A stretch of DNA of 56,312 nt from Macrostomum lignano (Eukaryota): positions 1 to 56,312 of the forward strand of contig NIVC01004183.1 in the NCBI GenBank assembly GCA_002269645.1, read 5' to 3'. Positions 50,001 to 56,312 of the stretch are shown here, in pieces; positions within the stretch are counted from its first letter, which is position 1; each line of letters starts with the position of its first letter. Made by a program: the position numbers and the translations under genes. The notes under the pieces were generated by a model. It did no database searches. It saw only the letters and a program-made list of their open reading frames with translations, and had not been told where the DNA came from.

Positions 50001-51019
50001 AGCAGATCCTGAGTTCCTCATCTGAAGTTGAGCAGGTCCTGAGTCCCTCACATGCAGTTGAGCAGGTCCTGAGTCCCTCACCTGCAGTTGAGCAGATCCT
50101 GAGTTCCTCATCTGAAGTTGAGCAGATCCTGAGTCCCTCACCTGAATTTGAGCAGATCCCGAGTTCCTCACCCGCAGTTGAGTAGGTCCTGAGTCCCTCA
50201 CCTGCAGTTGAGCAGATCCTGAGTTCCTCATCTGAAGTTGAGCAGGTCCTGAGTCCCTCACATGCAGTTGAGCAGGTCCTGAGTCCCTCACCTGCAGTTG
50301 AGCAGATCCTGAGTTCCTCATCTGAAGTTGAGCAGATCCTGAGTCCCTCACCTGAATTTGAGCAGATCCTGAGTTCCTCACCCGCAGTTGAGTAGGTCCT
50401 GAGTCCCTCACCGGGAGCTGAGCAGGTCCTGAGTCCCTCACATGCAGTTGAGCAGATCCTGAGTCTCTTACCTGCAGTTGAGCAGATCCTGAGGCCTTCA
50501 TCTGAATTCGGGCAGATCCTGAGTCCTTAACCGGGAACTGAGAAGATTTAACATGATAGCGTCATATTTAACTGCAATAAACAAAATGCATGGAAAGCTT
50601 GTCTTACCTCTCCCCAGCGCACTCTGAACGGCATACCAATGATTGCGTCATCGCCTGTCAGACACGATCCGAGACAGCACCTTGGCGGCCAGCATCATCT
50701 GCAGCATCCTAGCCATCTTCATCATTCTCAGCAACAGCATCAGCAGCAGCAGCAGGATGCTCAGTCGGCCTATTCAGCCGCTGCCGCAGCCGCCGCGGCC
50801 GCTGCTGCCGCCGCTGCAGCCTCGGCGCCTTGGTGCCACGTTGTGGAGACTGCGACTCTGGCTCACAGCGAGGCCGACAGCTCACAGCAGCAGCCGCTGT
50901 TCCAGCAGCTCGTTGGCGCCTACCAGAGCCTGTTCGCCGCCGACTCGGCAGAGCTCGCAAATACGCCTGTGATGCCGACGCAGACTATGAGAGGAGCAGG
51001 AACTCGGAGAGGACGATGA
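41031..51019 (+). CDS. isl1: Islet-class LIM-homeodomain transcription factor
   Basis: Exons 41031-41311 (LIM1), 44222-44550 (LIM2), 48042-48421 (homeodomain), 50618-51019; phases 2/1/0 are consistent. The homeodomain [57 protein letters not shown] matches Isl1 as recalled; Islet-specific G.PM.A.SP.RHD and PW..FQQLV motifs are present. The exact C-terminus is uncertain. Confidence 0.96.
41312..43310. repeat. Minisatellite, 33-bp unit GGTATTATGAGCATGATCATTGAATAGTCATCT, filling Islet intron 1
   Basis: About 60 copies; the first unit starts at the splice donor. Confidence 0.96.
43940..44160. repeat. Minisatellite, 23-bp unit CATCATCTCCGCCCTCTCCTCTG, upstream of the Islet exon 2 acceptor
   Basis: About 9 copies. 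Confidence 0.9.
44630..45205. repeat. Compound minisatellite: 25-bp TAGCTTCAGGTTGACAGTTTCAGGC followed by 14-bp TAGCTTCAGGTTGA
   Basis: About 8 copies of the 25-mer, then ~25 copies of the 14-mer. Confidence 0.95.
45780..47190. repeat. Two abutting minisatellites: 24-bp CTTGTGTCTGTGACTTGTGCTAAG (to ~46430) and 23-bp GATTGTGTCTGCAGATTTGCCGA
   Basis: Visible arrays sharing a TTGTGTCTG core. Confidence 0.95.
47647..47808 (+). other. Candidate 162-nt cassette exon in Islet intron 2 with an in-frame stop
   Basis: Strong acceptor TTCTTTCTTTAATACTTTTAG|G and donor AAG|GTGGAC; phase 1-1; TAA at 47805-47807 in the Islet frame. Confidence 0.4.
48472..48955. repeat. Minisatellite, 42-bp unit GATTAGCAATCCATTCTATTCCTGCATCCGTGATGTTGGCTA, in Islet intron 3
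   Basis: About 11.5 near-identical copies. Confidence 0.95.
49557..50540 (+). repeat. Minisatellite family X, 30-bp unit CTGAGTCCCTCACCTGCAGTTGAGCAGGTC, in Islet intron 3
   Basis: About 33 copies; the same family occurs at 52257 (inverted) and 53675. Confidence 0.95.
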
Positions 51020-51412
51020 AGCCGATCGCGAGGAGGCTGGACTGCGTGAAGCCAACGAAGAATCGGGTGCGTCTCTGCCCGAGCCGGAGCCGGAGGTTCG
51101 CCGAGATGACGGGTTGACCTTCGCCGCAGCTTCCCGATGACCCGTTGCTATGGCCTGTGGACATTTTTGAATGAGCATATGCAATGCGAGTAAAGTCACA
51201 TGCGAGGTGGCAGCTGGTGGCCGGATCTTTATAACTGTAAAGTTTAGCTCTAATTATTCTTATAGTAAATATGTATACTACTTATGAATTTTATTAGCAG
51301 TAGCAACTCGCGGACAACCAAAGCAGAAGGACGCAACACCCGAAACATTACCATCGATTCATCGCTTTTGAAATACAATTTTTTCTATTTTCAGCGCAAT
51401 AACTTTCTCAGC

Positions 51413-51606
51413 GCAGGGTGAGATACTCATTGCAGGGTGAGATACTCATTGCAGGGTGAGATACTCAGTGCAGGGTGAGATACTCAGTGCAGGGTGAGAT
51501 GCTCAGTGCAGGGTGAGATGCTCAGTGCAGGGTGAGATGCTCAGTGCAGGGTGAGATACTCAGTGCAGGGTGAGATGCTCAGTGCAGGGTGAGATGCTCA
51601 GTGCAG
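51413..51606. repeat. Minisatellite, 19-bp unit CAGGGTGAGATGCTCAGTG
   Basis: About 10 copies, each with a donor-like G|GTGAG. Confidence 0.92.
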
Positions 51607-52084
51607 GCACCCTTATACTTTCGCTGTCCACGGCAGTACTGCCAGGGTGTTATCCTTTAAGCCGTTGCTTTTCCTAAGAAACAGTTCATCCTGCTCCACT
51701 CATTTCTCATAACATTGCCTCTGTGCGTTGTAAATTTTTGTTAGACTGTGCACTATAAGGTGTTTTTTGAATTCTTTGAAAGAGAATGGACGCACCGTTT
51801 TTTTTCTGTTTGAGATGAAGCACCTCCAGCCCGCATGTTATCGGAGTTGAGCGTCTAAATAAAAATTGTTATTTATTAAATATATTCCGTTTTGAAATCG
51901 ACAATGCTTATAAAATTAACTGCCTCCGTTGTTGTCAGAAAAGTTTGTATCAGTTTTGTTCTATTACTTTTAAAAATTCAGAGTCATTTTAATGCTTCAC
52001 ATTTTTGAAAACATAGACTGCCCTAGTTCAACCAGTAGTCACAAAGGTATCTATAGACACAGCAACTTTCTTTTTGTCAACTCT

Positions 52085-52250
52085 TCCGTCTGACACCTCT
52101 CGTTCTGACACCTCCCGTTCTGACACCTCCCATACTGACACCTTCCATTCTGACACCTCCCATTTTGACACCTCCCATTCTGACACCTCCCTTTTGACAC
52201 CACAGTTTTTGACACTTTCCTTTCTGACACTCCAGTGACACCTCATTCCA
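52085..52250. repeat. Minisatellite, 15-bp unit TCTGACACCTCCCAT
   Basis: About 10 degenerate copies. Confidence 0.8.
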
Positions 52251-52256
52251 CTACTC

Positions 52257-52862
52257 CTGCTCAACTCCGGATGAGGGACTCAGGACCTTCTCAACTCCAG
52301 ATGAGGGACTTAGGACCTTCTCAACTCCGGATGAGGGACTCAGGACCTTCTCAACTCCGGATGAGGGACTCAGGACCTTCTCAACTCCGGATGAGGGACT
52401 CAGGACCTTCTCAACTCCGGATGAGGGACTCAGGACCTTCTCAACTCCGGATGAGGGACTTAGGACCTTCTCAACTCCGGATGAGGGACTTAGGACCTTC
52501 TCAACTCCAGATGAGGGACTTAGGACCTTCTCAACTCCAGATGCGGGACTCAGGATCTGCTCAACTGCAGATGAGCGACTCAGGACCTTCTCAACTGCAG
52601 ATGAGCGACTCAGGACCTCAACTGCAGGTGAGAGACTCAGGATCTGCTCAACTGCAGATGAGCGACTCAGGACCTTCTCAACTCCAGATGCGGGACTCAG
52701 GACCTGCTCAACTGCAGGTGAGAGACTCAGGATCTGCTCAACTGCAGATGAGCGACTCAGGACCTGCTCAACTGCAGGTGAGAGACTCAGGATCTGCTCA
52801 ACTGCAGATGAGCGACTCAGGACCTGCTCAACTGCAGGTGAGAGACTCAGGATCTGCTCAAC
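52257..52862 (-). repeat. Minisatellite family X, inverted copy (GATGAGGGACTCAGGACCTTCTCAACTCCG)
   Basis: Reverse complement of the 49557 unit; about 20 copies. Confidence 0.93.
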
Positions 52863-53356
52863 CCACGCCTTTGGGAGATTTTATAAAAATTGAAAAGAAC
52901 TGTAGAATATTTCCACCCAGACAGCCGAAAAAATGCCGAAACTTATAAGAAATACGGTAACATTCTCCACCTGTCCGGCCAACTTTGATTGCACTTTTAT
53001 GCTCTGTGTATAAACTCTGACTCTCTCTCCCCCCCAGACGTTTATGAGTTGTCTATGGTAAAAAGTTTTACGACATGAATACATAATACATATCCGAATA
53101 TGAATACATAATGAATACATACATGAATACATATCCGAATTAATAAGCAGCTGGCAGAGTGTGAGCGACAGCTATACATGTAAATGTCTATGGCATTTCC
53201 TAGGTAAGCTCAAACTTCTAACGGTCAAGTTCTTTCCTACGTCCATGGTTTGAAGACGCTTTAGGCTAACAACAGTCGCAGTGAAAGGATCAGCTGGGGC
53301 ACGTCAGGCCAGCTATATAGTATAAATATTTATACACCAAATAGAGCATAAAGCCA

Positions 53357-54813
53357 ATGTCGCAGGAAAAGACGCCTCGCCGAGCCCGGCTGCAGAGGAA
53401 CCGCTTAGCCGATCCAAAGTCGTTGAACACGGAGAATGGCAACGCGGACAAGGCCGAACAGACCAGAGTTCTGACCAAGCCTGGCTGCCTGCCGTTTCCC
53501 TACCGCAGCCTGCAGCCGTCTCAGCCAACGGATACCACCGACTTTCGAGTGCACTATTGGTTCTACGTCTATCTGTACAGCTCCGAGGTAGACCGTCTGA
53601 TGGCGCCGTTCATGGACTTGGACAAGCGGTTCGCTACCGATAGGCGACTTCTGGTCATCATGAACAAATCAGGGGTGAGCAGGTCCTGAGTCCTGAGTCC
53701 CTCACCTGGATGGAGTTGAGCAGGTCCTGAGTCCCTCACCTGGAGTTGAGCAGGTCCTGAGTCCGTCACCTGGAGTTGAGCAGGTCCTGAGTCCCTCACC
53801 TGGAGTTGAGCCGGAACATCTTATAATCATAAAAAGATCCTTAACTGTTCGTATTACGAGAAGTGTATTCTGTACTAATCCTTGAAATTAATAGTTATAC
53901 AGATTCAAACTCGCGATTAACCTAGAAAATGATTGCCAGGGGTCACCGAGGAGCGGATGTGACTGCTTGCCTCTTCGTTGGCCTGGATTTTACTGCCCCC
54001 TTTGACTTGCTAGATAATAATAATACGCTCGTAATTGACTACACAGGCCCCAATTTCGCTAGATGTGCAACCGACAGCTCAGCCGCAGCTATTGCGCGGT
54101 GAATCTGAAGGCTGCGTACGGCTGTTCAGTCCAAGGACTGGGGGGTCGCCACACACAGCCTCAATTACCCCAGCTAATGCTGGCACCCATTTACAGCTGG
54201 TTGAACCGAAGCAATGCAGAGTTAAATGTCTTGCTCAAGGACACATATTGTTCCAGTAGGATCGGGAATCGAACCCCCGACGTGAGGCTACATCCCCATC
54301 TAGGCTACAACTTGCTAGCTAACTATCCAGCACGCTGTCCAGCAGCAATCGGTTGAAGCTCATTTCATCTACCAGCCTGAAGCGTCAAAAATCATTTCTT
54401 ACTACTTCTAAGTAGTGTACCCAACAGTTTCTTTTACCGTTTTAATGTCCGAAATGGAACATCGATCCTTTTCGATGGAGCAAGTATAGGATTTATCAAA
54501 ATTCGGATACTCGTATCTTATTCACGGAGAGTAACCACAATCTCTGCACAATCTGCCCGCGCACAATACGCAGGCGCGCATCAGCCTGGGCAGCCTGGAG
54601 CTGTACAAGTCATTGCCCAGGCGTGTGGTCATCGTGCGGGCCGCCAGCTGGGACAGAATCGTGCGAGCCGTCCTCGAGATGGAGGACCTGCTGCCGGACT
54701 TCATGCGCTACGCGTGCCACCCGGTGCTCATGGACAACTCCACCCTGCAGTTCAACTGCACCAACTTCCTGCAGACAGCCGGCATTGTGCGGATTACTCA
54801 GCCGCTGACTTGA
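53357..54813 (+). CDS. Unknown protein (~185 aa; at least two exons)
   Basis: Exons 53357-53674 (donor GG|GTGAGC) and ~54576-54813 (acceptor CGCAG|), phase 0-0, with strong GC3 codon bias: ..FRVHYWFYVYLYSSEVDRLMAPFMDLDKRF..NKSG|ARISLGSLELYKSLPRRVVIVRAASWDRIVRAVLEMEDLLPDFMRYACHP..QPLT*. The N-terminus is uncertain. Confidence 0.6.
53675..53812 (+). repeat. Minisatellite family X, short copy starting at a splice donor
   Basis: About 4.5 units of GTTGAGCAGGTCCTGAGTCCCTCACCTGGA. Confidence 0.88.
54014..54309 (-). mobile_element. CORE-like tRNA-derived SINE with 9-bp TSD
   Basis: The minus strand reads GGGGATGTAGCCT..GGGTTCGATTCCC..TGTGTCCTTGAGCAAGACATTTAAC..CAGCTGTAAATGGG (CORE-like) with a (TAT)n tail; ACTTGCTAG flanks it at 54005-54013 and 54310-54318. 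Confidence 0.8.
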
Positions 54814-55614
54814 GCACGGTTGCCTACTGAGTAACTAATTAAACCCATGGCGACCAGAAAAACCGGATGACCAGTTAATTTCATTTTTCTATTTTTTTTC
54901 AAGCCAAATGCGGTTCAAGCATTTTTTGCTGATTTATTTCAACCACAAAAATGCTCATTTTTTCATCCCATCAAAAAGTTGAAGTTCATTAAAATAAATT
55001 GAAGCCGTCTAACGCTTAAGAATGTCGTTTCGTTTCAAACTTTTGACGTGTCAGAAGTCGTTTTGATCCTTTGTTCTCGAGTTTTGCAATTATATAATTG
55101 TATATTTATATTAATTATTCGTAAATGAAAGAATAAAATCACTTTGGGAAAATTTATCGAAATAAAATATTGCACAGGAATCTTATCTATGATGGAATAA
55201 GCAAAGTGATAAATTACAATACTACAGCTAGTTCGGGCTGCCAGGCTTAATAACAACATTTCTTAAACAGATACATCGCCAAAAAGTCCTTGAAAAAGTG
55301 CATCTGCATGAGAATGATAGAAACTAATAAAAGATCAACCTTAAAGCTTGGACAGCTTTGAGAAAGAGACGTGCAATCAAGACTAAATCAAGACTTCCTA
55401 ATGAGATCGCACGAGTAGCTTATCGGTCTGTCTTTTGTGACAGAATCTGCAGGTTGGTGCATGGCTTTCTCTCTCTCAGATTGACGACGGTCTGACACTC
55501 GCGAAAAGCCAAGCCAAGCCTAGGGGATCTAGCCCTCATTAACCTGGCAGTGCACCCACCCCTGTATTCCTCAGTAGTGGCTGTTAATACATTTTTGGGC
55601 ATAGCAGAACTCCG

Positions 55615-55910
55615 TCAGGCTATGACAGTTTTGTCCTGCGTCCACACCGTGCAGCCGGCGCAGTAATAGGTGCTCACCAGCAGCGACAGGCCGGCGGCCA
55701 CCGCCACAGCCGGCCAGATGATGCAGTGAGTCGCCTGCCGCCTGGAGAAGATGCGGTGCAGCAGCACTGGGTCGGGCCGCCGGGCTTCGAAGCCGGCTGG
55801 TAGTGGCAAGGGAAGCTGCGGCTCTTGCGCAGGGTCCTGATAAATCTGGTTGTCATGGCGACGTTCTCGGCCGCCTGCGACAGGCAGGGAGCGGTGCCGC
55901 ACTGATTGAT
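55615..55910 (-). CDS. Terminal exon of a BK-channel beta subunit (KCNMB)/TipE-like protein, with a 1-bp frameshift
   Basis: Acceptor CCCCTGTCAG|; INQCGTAPCLSQAAEN..SFPCHYQP/FEARRPDPVLLHRIFSRRQATHCIIWPAVAVAAGLSLLV.. parallels KCNMB4 (QCSYIPPC..FTCYF..RPDDVLLHRTHD..LLHCFLWP). The frame switches near 55793. Confidence 0.7.
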
Positions 55911-56211
55911 CTGACAGGGGAATGAGACGACAGAAGTCAGGGAACACGCGCGCCGAAGAGAATCCGAATTTCAGGAAAAAACTTCAGTGTGTGTCAGAGA
56001 TTGGTCACTTGGCTTGACATTTGTTACCACCTGGTCTCTAAACTGTAGGTAGGTAAACTTGTGAATCGATAAATTATTATATTACTAGTAGTAAACATAA
56101 TTATTGTTATGTCCGCTGGAGGGCTGCGCACACAACCATCGCTGACGGCAATTCTGCCCATTCCGCTGACTCGCTGACGAAGTATTAGTGTTACGATAAA
56201 ATCCTTACAAA

Positions 56212-56312
56212 TGGGGTTGTAGCCTAGTGTTAGAGCGTCGGACTCGCGAATGAAAGGTCGGGGTTCGATTCTCGATCCACTCGCCAAAATTTGTGTCCTT
56301 GAGAAATACATG
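56212..56312 (+). mobile_element. 5' end of a CORE-like tRNA-derived SINE (same family as 54014)
   Basis: GGGGTTGTAGCCTAGTG..GGGTTCGATTCTCGATCC..TTGTGTCCTTGAG; truncated by the window end. Confidence 0.75.

Noticed and set aside
52235-52948. 237-aa and 301-aa (49596-50501) [10 protein letters not shown] repeat ORFs as real proteins
   Set aside because: Unit variants are mostly non-synonymous (S/L, R/Q, M/V), and the same repeat occurs in both orientations and inside introns, indicating non-coding DNA.
53290-53478. Minus-strand ORF with a hydrophobic end
   Set aside because: It overlaps the plus-strand exon, which has the GC3 bias and matching splice phases.

Overview
Eukaryotic (animal) genomic DNA with GC-rich exons and introns packed with minisatellites. 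The style suggests a repeat-rich invertebrate such as the flatworm Macrostomum, but this is an inference and was not verified. From left to right: (1) an orphan minus-strand exon; (2) a 3.2-kb AT-rich block almost free of CpG; (3) two tandem, intact, six-exon Hedgehog-acyltransferase (HHAT/rasp-like MBOAT) paralogues on the minus strand. They are strongly diverged except for a 722-bp, ~99%-identical tract over the catalytic core. Intron 4 of the second copy holds a minisatellite, into which an RNase H-bearing LINE (LOA/I-like) inserted, into which a Mag-type Ty3/Gypsy element then inserted. (4) Two convergent RTE-like relics; (5) a GAB/DOS-like PH adaptor gene (minus) with a tandem array of acidic tyrosine motifs; (6) a complete Islet LIM-homeobox gene (plus) with a candidate stop-containing cassette exon; (7) a two-exon unknown gene (plus); (8) the last exon of a BK-channel beta-subunit (KCNMB)-like gene (minus). 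Several tRNA-derived SINEs, TIR elements and about 25 tandem arrays are interspersed. Gene models were spliced by hand using GT-AG and phase consistency. Family assignments come from recalled motifs, not database searches. Most long ORFs in the supplied track are repeat artefacts.
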